From assembly GCA_051531975.1 (NCBI GenBank), contig JAOPTT010000008.1, positions 1 to 64,000 on the forward strand: DNA of 64,000 nucleotides, read 5' to 3'. Position numbers and translations under genes: made by a program. This document shows positions 22,201-30,757 of this stretch, piece by piece; position 1 is the stretch's first letter; every line of letters starts with the position of its first letter. A model generated the notes under the pieces. The model was not told the DNA's origin, ran no database searches, and saw only the letters and a program-made list of their open reading frames with translations. This DNA comes from Spirochaetaceae bacterium (GTDB taxonomy: Bacteria; Spirochaetota; Spirochaetia; DSM-2461).

Positions 22201-24213
22201 ATCAGAAATTAGAGTCCAATCTAATTCTAATACATCACTTTCATTATAAATTCTAATAAACAGGGTTCCAGCATCAATTTTATCATCATCTTCGATGGTA
22301 CCCATTATAGTAGCACCACTCTCTATTAAGTTATTTTTAGCAGTTGGGATAGAATTATTACTTTGATCAATATTTGTAAATGTAAAAACTGGAATATCAT
22401 CGCTTTGATCTACTGTAAATATTATACTTTCTGAATTCTCACGGCCAGAAATATCAGAAGCTGTAACCTTAAATGTAACATCCGAGGTACTAATAGTGGT
22501 ATTATTAATAATAGTTGTATCAAGAGTAGCTTTCCAATTATATATTGAACCGATATTTGCCAATGGAGCTTCCCAAGTTGTACCAGCATCTGTGGAATAC
22601 TCTATTAAAACTGACTGTATGCTATTAGCATCGTCTGTGGAACCTTTTAACTCAATTATACCGTTTACTTCTGTAGCATCTACAGGTAGTTCTATTATAA
22701 TTTCAGGTGCAATCTTATCAACTGTTACTGACTCAAACTTTACTTCAGTAAACTGATTTGTAGTATCTGTAGATGTAATAACAACACTGTATTCAGCGTC
22801 TGATAGTGTAATAGAAGCATCTGAACTAGTTAAAAAAGTGAAATCTCCACTTCCATCTGGAGTTACACTATGAGATTTATTTAAAGAATTATCATCAACA
22901 TTTATAAAGTCAATAACAACAGACTGTATACCATTAGTATCTGTTGTATTTCCTGTTATTGTAAAATCACCTTTTACATATCTTTTATTTTCTATTTCTG
23001 GAATAGCATCAACTTCTAATGGTGGTGGTCCAGCATCTATATTATAACCATAGGTTTCTGTATAAACTTTCTGATCTACACCTTCATTTCCATCGGTTGC
23101 AATTATTTCAATATCATATAGACCTTCACTATCTAATACATCAGTATTACTAGTAGTAAAATCATCCCAAACACTATTTGTTAAAAAGATATCTAATGGA
23201 TAATTTTTAACTAAAGTATCAAAAATTATTGTTCCACTTTTTAATACATTTTCCGTACCACGATCTTTAACATTTATTACTATTGATTTTAACCAATCAT
23301 CATCGGATATGGCTCCATCCATACGAACAGTACTTGTAAAGTTTTTATCACCTACCCAATCGTTTATACTAATTGTTGGAATATCCGACGCTGGATTAAT
23401 TGATATTAATACATTACTTCCTGATGATCCTGTCTTTCTAGCCACAACTGTTTTACTGTTATTAGATTCATCTGCTAACTCTTTTATTGTCGCGACTTTA
23501 TTATTTTCAATTAAACTTAATACATCTGCAGCATGAAAAAAGTATTCATTTACATTTCCTGCAGCATCCTGGGCATATGCTACTAAGGAATAATCATCTA
23601 AGGATAATCCCATATTAACAAGATCGAATGTATAATCCCAGTTTGTTGTACCTGTTGCTAAATATCTTGTACCATTACCACTAGAATCTAATAATGCAAC
23701 TTCAACTTTAACTACTTCTAAGTCTTCTGCCTTACCCTCTACAAATAATTTTTGGTTAAATTCTACACCTTCATATTGTTCTGGTGTATTTATTAGTACT
23801 GTTGGAACTGTATTATCAACTAATACCATTCTACTTTTTGATGTCTCTTTATCTGCGGTATCTACTCCTGTTACCGTAAACTCAACTTGTCCATCTTTAA
23901 ACTTAGTACTATCGTCTGAGTTTATTTCTAAACTCCAATTTATATCAGAAATTATTGCGTTTTCAGTTATTAAGTCCCCGGAAACATTACTTGTATATTC
24001 TACTAGGACTTCTTTTACTTCTGTATCGTCAGTTACAGTTCCCATTAGTGTGAATGTATGTTCTACATATAGACCATTACCTGGACTATCTATTGTTATG
24101 ACTGGATCTCCTAAATCGACAGCATCACCAAACCCGCTTTCAAAAAGCTCACAGGCTACAAGGGTAATGACAATGAGAAATGCTGTAATAGAATAATATA
24201 TCTTAGAAATCAA
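13255..24213 (-). CDS. Giant acidic surface lipoprotein with tandem Ig-like domains and C-terminal beta-propeller-like region
   Basis: TTG start with GGAGG RBS; lipobox-like TLVAC; many D..P.I/G...D/W/A.D..GN units; C-terminal SIDV..G.P.ISYYD and SMKID..GYIHLVYY blades. Confidence 0.78.
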   Translation of the reverse strand: MISKIYYSITAFLIVITLVACELFESGFGDAVDLGDPVITIDSPGNGLYVEHTFTLMGTVTDDTEVKEVLVEYTSNVSGDLITENAIISDINWSLEINSDDSTKFKDGQVEFTVTGVDTADKETSKSRMVLVDNTVPTVLINTPEQYEGVEFNQKLFVEGKAEDLEVVKVEVALLDSSGNGTRYLATGTTNWDYTFDLVNMGLSLDDYSLVAYAQDAAGNVNEYFFHAADVLSLIENNKVATIKELADESNNSKTVVARKTGSSGSNVLISINPASDIPTISINDWVGDKNFTSTVRMDGAISDDDWLKSIVINVKDRGTENVLKSGTIIFDTLVKNYPLDIFLTNSVWDDFTTSNTDVLDSEGLYDIEIIATDGNEGVDQKVYTETYGYNIDAGPPPLEVDAIPEIENKRYVKGDFTITGNTTDTNGIQSVVIDFINVDDNSLNKSHSVTPDGSGDFTFLTSSDASITLSDAEYSVVITSTDTTNQFTEVKFESVTVDKIAPEIIIELPVDATEVNGIIELKGSTDDANSIQSVLIEYSTDAGTTWEAPLANIGSIYNWKATLDTTIINNTTISTSDVTFKVTASDISGRENSESIIFTVDQSDDIPVFTFTNIDQSNNSIPTAKNNLIESGATIMGTIEDDDKIDAGTLFIRIYNESDVLELDWTLISDQSSTDSSVFGWSHDFTGLSNGIYYFEVKATDIYGVEYISPASEAYFAYDTDFPVITVDPYAGGLYAKDDFVLSGSVTDGGGIQSLTISINGAANNPITVEVDDTWDYTENLDNALAEGTLTIVLESLDTYDKKTVKTTNYILDKTGPTIVINEPQDASTRTDFNGIITIEGSADDALSGILELYYSTSDTPDTSDLTTVDWIEIAAGKTWSQNVNTLDTVPTAGDMKITVVSVDGAGNSSSIEVSNQITLTVDQDADKPIIELTGEDAGKFSGNIVRGTVTDDDGVDPDSIKISFTDGSSPDGGTTWYDVETIGSGKVVTWSYQVLEANVVGSTTLWVKAIDDLNDKNGLVAAAADNINNIIVTDWYYPVIADFTILNDDSLSSINSETATLTFSAEITDDTGIINNTVELSYNSNLITITETDVVNHIFTAELTDFSLIPDGEVTFIISATDGFSKKSTQNLILIKDTVIPVINLDLEDNIILNGTTNFQLNASDAGGISNIEVLVGKNETSVPLDHDITWSLTSDLDLSTLANISNSTVANGTLTTITVADKPAVADAITHSYYTVTNDSNNIYLFNGAEFLPVGDINGDVWALDIVYIATDSSGNKSDITAKKTILIDEASDLPVLTLDNLTMVPGNSLNYFPNQRISGTVLEDDGVNLSSIKVGVARSTENIGDVSWQDVTSSASGTNATWYYDILNSGTGDSGDKKLWIKATDTNGISHTLLKPIEFGIDRESPSTTLFTIEGDNSNTGFSSALATGITVNATATDDYGIDSSSFTINFTDKNSVAQIMPLVVDSGTSTNTSFVLSGANQTTLLSLLADGETVITLTGYDEFLNTLNAQASIIKDITLPSLTITSGSGPSKVINQLLSMSGTITENRTPGVSSVNISLGLNNTVGTAIYSEGSWALTDMDITSFSDSDYSTDIITSYSYDEVQATLDDMTLTSIGYYKTTAPLAYYYFNGAEYISITNLWEFDADITITDLAGNVSTTESQSYIINAGTDIPVISLDNISKDSVATTLNVFPGQLIKGTISDDDGVSAATITVAITEPDVEPIISDWVDLSLTTDSSSVQWNYTIPDTVSNTIDGFFGVRDLHIKAEDINGNHIDHIRKETFVIDRDNPTISTFTIEDNNSQNYINSASTGFLNISADIVDDSLIENAVITYTGVSPASGIVLVKSGDNYSTDIDIDTLPNGVTKFTLLATDQFGKESTSDISILKDQDLPVVEYISPEVLTDINGIINIKGTTSDSNLKSIKLYDGITLLATLDDSNNDFEVGSSLYSWNYKLDTTGVTSGTKTIKIEAADINDNISATVSSSIDLVIDQSKDIPELTDVNSMNLNSGVALATADTYLLSHADNNNVIFGVTNSATNLNASDLTLEIDSVTYTPVIISGDGTISLYWYLDLSDFDDTSTDTDDLEEVEVIVVYDTPPADIAHYIGLRGSDSTTGQIVKYITANDKLSGYAEDDDKIDADEITLMVNGTDVIVVPEGSDSTSVKWSYGFDVETDGIYLTEINATDIKDSGYGAAVTTSTSYKSIIIKDTSYPVIDAKLKDTLDVDIEHQGAYVNGTIIAYGTATDNLSIKKFTITAKSSTVSEEMISVDTTDPEYDVTDSNLKIDGFVGTDFFDAKSSEYSHTSDNKSWDWEFALERLPDNYENSAISIIYEATDTVGNIKTVEKTVTVDTVLPVIDIQYPTLGAVVTGSVTIRGITTEEKMDSIQIFLGDINEDASLEWELLDGTYNWSKTINTVSPSIYEDGVEQGDGTFKYPVQVKAIDAAGNESLISDYYFYISPDLDKPTISVNTPEDAAKLGGSILMIGTATDNEAVDKVYVRVDVNGDTDYLDTYDLDGDADTTIHMFDDESTWNEISDFTNSVWKQEINSAGLLYTDKTVISIIENNGIVVPATGEINVQFKAIDIKGVESLLVTRNIDIDSTFPEITNFGLKDVDGNYDANLFDVSGNIELVGDIEDIDGGITKIEISYDGGVIYEPAYLWDEISTILETYSIDISKNSGAGGLGYDNSSDIINVRLKVTDNTGYQSFMSLQLNVDNILPVGTYTGRVDEIGISGGAGPEQLTEVSGTFQDTGLVSSFDKVEVYISQDGTVIDPQTGIASTSTPIDFNDGSGAVPYPNLDKDIITIDSLIEFGDDAGGNGDGDGYDEYISKSSNTYNWSAIFDSSSIDTDAAAVELHYVIYDNAGNANHYVEIMLIVGSDLDESGTIDEEEKMAYPQSFQARNGLLYIELFDGTKAGYNIVVTDTNAGTNSTATNSGITKTTINTALYPVGEVIFTIKVYDNAELKLTKTLNAEMKGPDVTPPTIEVDNLNSASVTLGHYDIGDWTSGTATDTNDLDISGKFQFTGEAIDDGRVKEIILSITDEVDIVLAQWVDGLFEAVDANMTITNQELHWQDGHTVNFTYDWDTATITDIANENRVVTFTVNDFVPAHTVTDVDQFDVVPYITEINRNGFNTNRSKLGFYPIRLEETGVIISGYNLSDGTSFGSITVGGTATVTSVSSLDIITNIPAAATSGYLVVTVNSISSINNSNNNNSITNVESNQYIDGTSLWTDDRYIHIWQSNSTSTGNNRGYFTGSQDPIHPSMTIDNTGILYGAWSNYALADVLMNSNNNNNTTQVFSSYDPAEHTDISFGNDVAIVYNANTYGNNSWTTWGAGGVELWDETNDRTYAMEELFHNEMLMQFINQRIVTNGTTSHIVYYDTQSDSLKYDRKLMTSGTTGEQITWINIDGYYDADDGTRVVGGTGSRTVGNNTGLFSSIDVTPTDGFPVISYYDVENQKLKLARSNSATPDETNWFIQDITLDGSYTGKYVSMKIDSAGYIHLVYYKTSTGDLIYLKSINNPTDGSAAYVFDGVDVDTDVDEVVLDEIGSVGMWADITLEGTTPIISYLDSSRVNTFDGLKVATVETIFDVDHDGSPDTVWETQNLPLLYEVDSIRTSIESDTGTNFWDKAIGYASSDYYRIAYYVP

Positions 24214-24329
24214 TCAAACCTCCAATTACCATGAAATAAATGTAAAAATTATGACTCATATTAATTTTACCTTAACTATTTAAATAATTCAAGGTCAAAT
24301 ATTAACATATGTTCATAATTTTAATCTAT

Positions 24330-24362
24330 TAAATTATCGGCATTTTTATAATATTTATTACT
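24330..24362 (-). promoter_or_regulatory. Sigma28 (FliA)-like promoter of the 3652-aa gene
   Basis: Minus strand AG-TAATAAAT-N11-GCCGATAA-TTTA; perfect sigma28 -10 box and canonical spacing. Confidence 0.68.
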
Positions 24363-24371
24363 TATTTTTCT

Positions 24372-24890
24372 CTATGATGCTGTTTCTTTTTCATTGTCAT
24401 AATATAATGTTAATTTTTTATCTAAAAAAGAGCTTTTTACATCGATAATCCGTTGATTTGATGAGCCTCTAAATTTAAGACTTGGTTCGAATAAATCATC
24501 TATATATGGGCCATCTATGAGTACATCTATCTGTTCTAGTAGAATAGAATAAAGAGGATTTTTTAATAAATCTTCGTATAAATACCCTGTATAACACCAG
24601 ATTGATAGCCCTTCAGACTTGATGTTATGAACAAACATTAATAATTCTGCAATATTTTGTTCTTGGAAAGGTTCTCCACCACTTAACGTGATACCTTCGA
24701 TAAAAGTTTTATTATTTAAGACCATATGTGTTAATTGATCTACTGAATAATCATCTCCAGACCCAGTAGACCATGTTTCAGGATTATGACATCCAATACA
24801 TTTATGTGGACACCCGGATAAAAAGATTACACTTCTCCATCCGTCCCCATTTGTACAGCTATTATCGTAAAACCCTGAAACATTTAACAT
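24372..24890 (-). CDS. nrdG: Anaerobic ribonucleotide reductase activating protein (radical SAM)
   Basis: NGDGWRSVIFLSGCPHKCIGCHNPETW, GITLSGGEP, FRGSSNQRII; start at ATG 24890 just after the nrdD stop. Confidence 0.93.
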   Translation of the reverse strand: MLNVSGFYDNSCTNGDGWRSVIFLSGCPHKCIGCHNPETWSTGSGDDYSVDQLTHMVLNNKTFIEGITLSGGEPFQEQNIAELLMFVHNIKSEGLSIWCYTGYLYEDLLKNPLYSILLEQIDVLIDGPYIDDLFEPSLKFRGSSNQRIIDVKSSFLDKKLTLYYDNEKETAS

Positions 24891-24891
24891 C

Positions 24892-27156
24892 TTACTTACC
24901 AAAACTATGAGAAACTCTGTCTCTCTGTTCAGCAAACTTACCACGATTCCACTTGTCTAAAGTTCCAACTAAGTATCCTGTGATTCTCTCTGTTATATCT
25001 ATATTTTTACTACCACATTTAGGGCAGGCTTCCGGTTGCCTATTATAGAAGTGGCTTCCACAATCTAAACATCTGTTATCAAAATGGTTAATTGATACAT
25101 ACCCTATATTAATATCTAACATATATTCGATAGATTTTTTTACAGCTTGTAAGTTGTCTAATGGGTTTCCATCCATTTCAATGTAAAAAATATGACCAGA
25201 TGGTGTTAGTGCATGGTACTTTGCTTCAACTTTAGCTTTGTGAAATACAGAAGTTTTGTAATAAACAGGGATATGGGTACTATTTGTATAATACTCTCTA
25301 TCTGTAACTCCCTCTACATTACCAAATAAGATTCTATCTGAATCTGTAAACTTATGACTTAAACCCTCAGCAGGTGTTGCTAAAAGACCAAAGTTTTTAT
25401 CGTATCTATCAGCAAACTCTTTACACTTATTATACATGTGGGTAATTATTTCTATACCTAATTCTTGTACAGTATCATCCTCTCCGTGATGTTTACCTTT
25501 AACATAGTTACCACTTGCATCTTTTGTAGATGTTAGGGCTACTAAAGTTTCAGCTAACCCAATAAAACCAATACTTAAAGAGAAGTGTTTAATAACGTCT
25601 TCTACTTTATCATTCCCTTGTATTCCTTCGTTATGTTCTGCTATGTACTTCATTACGTATGGAAACTGTCTAGCTAGAGCTGTTTTTTGCCAGTTCCATC
25701 TATTCATAAGTTGTGTTGCTGCAGTCTCTAATACTTTATCAAGCTCTTTATAAAAAAAGTCCATTCGATCCTTTAAATCTATACCTATAGTTAAAGACTT
25801 AAGGGCAACTCGAACAATGTTAACTGATGTAAAAGAAGCATTACCTCTACCAACAGAACTATTATCAGAAAATCTATTTTCATAAACCCTTGTTCTACAA
25901 CCCATTGTACTTGGTTCATAGAACCATCTGTTAGGGTCGTTAATATCCCATTTTTCATTTTGATTAAAAGGAGCATCTAAGTTAATAAAGTTAGGAAAGA
26001 ACCGCTCAGCTGTTACTTCCTGTGCAAACATAAAAAGATCATAATTTTTATCTTCTGGTCTTCTATTTATTTCACTTTTAATTTTAAAAATAGAAATTGG
26101 AAATATTGCTGTCTTTCTCTCGTTACCTACACCATTTTTAACAGCTTGTAAGAAACTCTTAATTACCAATCGCCCTTCTGCTGATGTATCAGTACCAAAG
26201 TTTATTGAAGAAAAAGGAACCTGATTTCCACTTCGAGAATTCATTATATTTAGATCATGGATTAAACCTTCCATAGATTGTTTAGTCTCTTTAATTGTTT
26301 TATTTATTGCATACTGATATACACGGTCTAATCCTACTAAGTTTGATAACTCTTTATTAACATATTCATCAATTTTAATATCATCTGGAATTGTAGAGTT
26401 TATATCTAGAATTTCTAATCCTTCTTTGTAGTACTCTTTAAATGTTAATAGAATATATGGTGCCATATGGAAATCAAAAGCATGAATTGATTGACCACCA
26501 TGCATTTCGTTTTGTGAAGTCTGAATGGATATAGCAGTTAATCCAACAGCTGTTGAAATTCTCTTAGGAGGTCTTACTCCACCATTAACAGTTTCAAAAC
26601 CATTTTTAAATGGTTTACTTAAATCTGTCTGAATACAAGTTAAAGATTTTGTTAAATAAAAGTCTAAATCATGAATATGCATATCTTTTCTTTCGTGGGC
26701 TATTCTGTCTTGGTGATTTAAAAGACTCTCAATTGCAAATTCCTTAGCACTTTCAAATCCAACCTTAGAGATCATCCCTGATGGTGTTTCAGTATTCATA
26801 TTACCATTTTCGTTAGTAAGGTCATTCTTTTTAGCTTGAATCATCTCATCTATCTGATGATAAACACTACTTCGTCTTATACGATTTCTTTTGTTTCTAT
26901 ATAAGATATACTCTTTAGCTATATCTTCGTTTATATGCATTAACTCTTTTTCAACTAAATCTTGTATTTTCTCTATCTCGATCTGTTTAATACCATCTTT
27001 TAATAGATGATTCTCAACTTTAGATGCTATTTTAGACATATCGTCTGTTACATCATAACCAAGGGTTGAACAGGTTTTTAATACTGCATTTTCTATTTTA
27101 ACACTGTCAAAATTAACTATTTTTCCATCTCTTTTTACTATATTCAAAAACAACAC
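24892..27156 (-). CDS. nrdD: Class III (anaerobic) ribonucleoside-triphosphate reductase
   Basis: ATP-cone VKRDGKIVNFD, HIHDLDFY, TMGCRT, ATPAEGL, CLDC..CPKC, RITGYL glycyl-radical motif. Confidence 0.96.
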   Translation of the reverse strand: MLFLNIVKRDGKIVNFDSVKIENAVLKTCSTLGYDVTDDMSKIASKVENHLLKDGIKQIEIEKIQDLVEKELMHINEDIAKEYILYRNKRNRIRRSSVYHQIDEMIQAKKNDLTNENGNMNTETPSGMISKVGFESAKEFAIESLLNHQDRIAHERKDMHIHDLDFYLTKSLTCIQTDLSKPFKNGFETVNGGVRPPKRISTAVGLTAISIQTSQNEMHGGQSIHAFDFHMAPYILLTFKEYYKEGLEILDINSTIPDDIKIDEYVNKELSNLVGLDRVYQYAINKTIKETKQSMEGLIHDLNIMNSRSGNQVPFSSINFGTDTSAEGRLVIKSFLQAVKNGVGNERKTAIFPISIFKIKSEINRRPEDKNYDLFMFAQEVTAERFFPNFINLDAPFNQNEKWDINDPNRWFYEPSTMGCRTRVYENRFSDNSSVGRGNASFTSVNIVRVALKSLTIGIDLKDRMDFFYKELDKVLETAATQLMNRWNWQKTALARQFPYVMKYIAEHNEGIQGNDKVEDVIKHFSLSIGFIGLAETLVALTSTKDASGNYVKGKHHGEDDTVQELGIEIITHMYNKCKEFADRYDKNFGLLATPAEGLSHKFTDSDRILFGNVEGVTDREYYTNSTHIPVYYKTSVFHKAKVEAKYHALTPSGHIFYIEMDGNPLDNLQAVKKSIEYMLDINIGYVSINHFDNRCLDCGSHFYNRQPEACPKCGSKNIDITERITGYLVGTLDKWNRGKFAEQRDRVSHSFGK

Positions 27157-27191
27157 TCCTAGTGCTTAGGGCACCATTATATTCAAAGAAG

Positions 27192-27248
27192 ACACTACAG
27201 ATTGTGTCTAATAATAATCGTGTTGATAATATACTCAAGATATTGGTT
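27192..27248. promoter_or_regulatory. Tandem NrdR boxes
   Basis: ACACTACAGATTGTGT (27192-27207) and ACTCAAGATATTGGTT (27233-27248) fit acaCwAtATaTwGtgt, 41 bp apart, upstream of nrdD. Confidence 0.7.
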
Positions 27249-27344
27249 CTAGTCTAGAGAATTTCAAAGCTTTTTATTATTAAATTATTGTTGACATTTA
27301 TTAACCGAGGATTAACTAATTTAACCAATATAATTAATCAATTA

Positions 27345-29705
27345 TTAACATTTAACTAAATTAATTTTCTTTTGACCTAAACATTTTTCGAAATTATTAA
27401 TTATATAATCCCCAGTGTTTTTACAACCTATAAACTGTGTTATATCTATCTCTAGGTATATACCTAAGTTCCGGCCATTCTCTTTTGCATGATATAAACA
27501 CTTATCAATTATTGATATGGCACTTCGGAAATCGAGATGATTTGATACCTCTGACTTATATATTATTGCACCTAGGGAGCAGGTTTTATATATAGTCTCT
27601 GTATTTTGCATAATAAATGGTGTTTCTTTAATATTATTTCTTATTTTTGTAATAATAGGTTTTAGGTCATCCCCATTAAAGTCTGGAAGAACCAATAAAA
27701 ATTCCTCTCCACCTAATCTAATTACATAATCTTCAGGTCTAAGAGAATATCCTAATATTTTTCCTAGTTCTTTTAATACAGTGTCCCCTGATGTATGACC
27801 ATAAACATCATTGACCAGTTTAAAATGATCTAAATCTATTAAGATAATTCCAAAACGTCTTTCTGGGTTATTTTGTATCTGAGGAATTATAATTTCATCC
27901 AAAAATCTTCGATTATATAGATTAGTTAACTGATCCTTCATAGATCTATCTTTTAATAGCCTATTTGCGATACTTAACTCTTTAGTCCTATCTTCAACTG
28001 CTTTTTCTAGTTGTTGTGTATAGGATTTCATTTTTTTTATTTGAAAAATATTTTTAAAACCATAAGCAACTTTATCAACAACAAAACTATACATTATATT
28101 AGCACTATCTCCACTTTCAAATAACATATAACCAAGTTCGATGCCATCGATTCTTAAACTACTGACAACGTAGGATAAATTATTAGCTTCACCTAAATCC
28201 TTCGGCATTATATTCTCTAAATTAAATGTATAGACTTCATTATCTAATAACCTATCTACATTTTGACTAAAATAGAGTTCACCTATTCCTGGGGTTTCTG
28301 TAAACAGTACAATGAAACAATGTTTTACTTTTAAATTAAGCAAATTATTTTTTAGAAGCTTTTTTAGTTCAGAATCTTTTTTACAAGTTAATAATCTATC
28401 TCCTATATTGTTAATAAATTGAATTAAGGATCTATCATCTACTCTTTTAAAATCAAGAAGCTTTTTTTCTGTTTCGTAAAGTTGTAAAATTGATCTGGAA
28501 AACAGGCTAGATATAAATAGAAGTCTATTTTTAGAGGGTATAGAAACAGTGAGAGCATTGTAAAAATCTTCTAATACAAATTTCCAAAAAGATGCATCTA
28601 ACTGTAAATATGATGTATCCTCCAGAATTTTAGTAATATTTAATACCATTAAGTCTACATTTTGTTCTTTTTCGCATTTGATAATTGTAGTAACAAGGTC
28701 TCTAACCGAATTTTCAAAAACATTTAAAATGTCACCTATATCATGTTTAAAAGTATATTTTTTGATTATTTTATTAGCTGTATTATTAAGAGCTTCTTCT
28801 ATTGTTAAATTATTATTTTCCTCTAAAATAGGTGTATTAAATGTTATTCCTCTTTGACAACCACAAGATTGTCGTAACATAACGTCTGTACCAATTTTAA
28901 CTGTTGATATTATTTCCCCATTAAGCATCTTATCTGCATATTTTGCAGCTAATACTCCAATATTAAAAATTGGTTGCCTTATAGTAGTTAATGCTGGAAT
29001 TGAACTACTGCTACGGTCTAAATTATCAAAACCTACAACTGCAATATCAGAAGGAACATTTAATCCCCTTGCTTTAATAGTATCTATAACTTCAAATGCT
29101 GAAAAATCATGACAACAAAATATAGCATCTACATCTTGTTGTCTAGTATCTAATATTAGACTTATACCTCGTCTTCCATCTCCAGGTTTAAATGCCCCAG
29201 GTGCAACTAATTTATAGTTATATTTTATATTATGTCTTTCTAAACTTTCTTTATACGCCTCAAAACGATCCACAGCTTCTTGGTTAGTTTCTGGTCCTTT
29301 AATAAAACCAATATTTTTATGTCCATGTTCCTCAATTAAGTGGTCCATAAGAGAAGAAACTCCACATTTATTATCAACTAATATAGATGGAATTCCTGGG
29401 ATCTCTAGGCCTATACTAATTAGTGGAATATTTGGTAGTAGTTTAATAAACTCTTCCATGCCTATTAATCCACTTAAGGATGAAAGTGGTGCAGATAATA
29501 GACATAACACGTCTAAACTACTGTTATGAACAACATTAAATAGAGAGTTTTTTTCTTTGTCAGTATCCATATAATCTTCTGCGTATCCACCAACAAAAGT
29601 AAATACTCTCATATCATTTTCTTCACAATATGACCTAAAGCCATTTAAAAATGTCTGCTGATAAAAGTCAAAGAGATCAGTAACTATTATACCTATATTA
29701 ATCAT
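27345..29705 (-). CDS. Diguanylate cyclase with N-terminal LacI-type sugar-binding domain
   Basis: N-terminal LacI effector domain without HTH (VPSDIAVVGFDN, ALTTIRQP); DQLTNLYNRR, DLDHFKLVND, RLGGEEF. Confidence 0.88.
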   Translation of the reverse strand: MINIGIIVTDLFDFYQQTFLNGFRSYCEENDMRVFTFVGGYAEDYMDTDKEKNSLFNVVHNSSLDVLCLLSAPLSSLSGLIGMEEFIKLLPNIPLISIGLEIPGIPSILVDNKCGVSSLMDHLIEEHGHKNIGFIKGPETNQEAVDRFEAYKESLERHNIKYNYKLVAPGAFKPGDGRRGISLILDTRQQDVDAIFCCHDFSAFEVIDTIKARGLNVPSDIAVVGFDNLDRSSSSIPALTTIRQPIFNIGVLAAKYADKMLNGEIISTVKIGTDVMLRQSCGCQRGITFNTPILEENNNLTIEEALNNTANKIIKKYTFKHDIGDILNVFENSVRDLVTTIIKCEKEQNVDLMVLNITKILEDTSYLQLDASFWKFVLEDFYNALTVSIPSKNRLLFISSLFSRSILQLYETEKKLLDFKRVDDRSLIQFINNIGDRLLTCKKDSELKKLLKNNLLNLKVKHCFIVLFTETPGIGELYFSQNVDRLLDNEVYTFNLENIMPKDLGEANNLSYVVSSLRIDGIELGYMLFESGDSANIMYSFVVDKVAYGFKNIFQIKKMKSYTQQLEKAVEDRTKELSIANRLLKDRSMKDQLTNLYNRRFLDEIIIPQIQNNPERRFGIILIDLDHFKLVNDVYGHTSGDTVLKELGKILGYSLRPEDYVIRLGGEEFLLVLPDFNGDDLKPIITKIRNNIKETPFIMQNTETIYKTCSLGAIIYKSEVSNHLDFRSAISIIDKCLYHAKENGRNLGIYLEIDITQFIGCKNTGDYIINNFEKCLGQKKINLVKC

Positions 29706-29821
29706 TTTTGAATTATATCATAAAAATAGTAAAACGGTTTAAATTTTTAATAAAATCAATAAAACAGAAGATAATATCAATAAAGATATATTACATAAAA
29801 GAATATTCTTCTTTATAGAAG

Positions 29822-30664
29822 TTAATCTACAAAGGAGTAAAGTAGTTCTATCTCTTTATCCCATATTGTATCGTCTATTGTTTCTAATACCATAGGTACA
29901 TTATCGAATCTTGGATCAGCCATTAAATATTTAAAAGCGTCTACCCCAATAAATCCTTCTCCAATTGAGTGATGCCTATCTTTTTTACTTGCTAACTCGG
30001 CTTTAGAATCATTTACATGTACACCCATTAGATATTTAAACCCTATAATAGAGTCTAGAGCCTCCATTGTTTTATTATACTCATCCAATGTTCTTATATC
30101 GTAACCTGAAACAAAGAGGTGGCATGTATCTAAGCAAAAACCAATTCTACTTTTATCATCAACCAAATCTATTATTGTTTTAATATGCTCAAACTTATAA
30201 CCTAAGTTAGTTCCCTGTCCTGCAGTATTCTCTAATACAATTGATACACCAGTTGTTTTCTCTAGAGCAGTATTAACTTGGTCTGCAATAACTGTTAGAC
30301 ATTCATCTTCTGAATAGAGTTTTAAATGACTACCAGGATGAATATTTAGTCGATCCAATCCTAATAAACTGCATCTTTCGATCTCTCCAATTAGTGAGTT
30401 TAGAGATTTTTCTCTCTTCTGGGGATCTGGGTTTCCTAGGTTTACTAAATATGATCCATGGGCTAATACATTTTCTGGTTTATAACCATATTTATTCATA
30501 TTATCTTTAAAATTATTGATGTTCTCTGGAGTTAGATCCTTTGCAACCCATTGTCTCTGGTTTTTTGTAAACAGTGCAAAACCTTTTGCTCCTATATTAT
30601 GTGCATTTAATGGTGCATTTTCTACTCCTCCAGCTGCTGATACATGGGCTCCTATATATTTCAT
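29822..30664 (-). CDS. nfo: Endonuclease IV
   Basis: [36 protein letters not shown]; start at ATG 30664. Confidence 0.95.
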   Translation of the reverse strand: MKYIGAHVSAAGGVENAPLNAHNIGAKGFALFTKNQRQWVAKDLTPENINNFKDNMNKYGYKPENVLAHGSYLVNLGNPDPQKREKSLNSLIGEIERCSLLGLDRLNIHPGSHLKLYSEDECLTVIADQVNTALEKTTGVSIVLENTAGQGTNLGYKFEHIKTIIDLVDDKSRIGFCLDTCHLFVSGYDIRTLDEYNKTMEALDSIIGFKYLMGVHVNDSKAELASKKDRHHSIGEGFIGVDAFKYLMADPRFDNVPMVLETIDDTIWDKEIELLYSFVD

Positions 30665-30757
30665 GAAAACTCCTTTTTTTTCATAATAAACCTTAATAGT
30701 AATAATTACTAGTTTATTTGAACTTTTCATGATAGGATTATTTTTAGAGGTAAGACA

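Noticed and set aside
5043..23536. Short plus-strand ORFs opposite the LacI and giant genes
   Set aside because: Typical antisense shadow ORFs with no RBS or motifs
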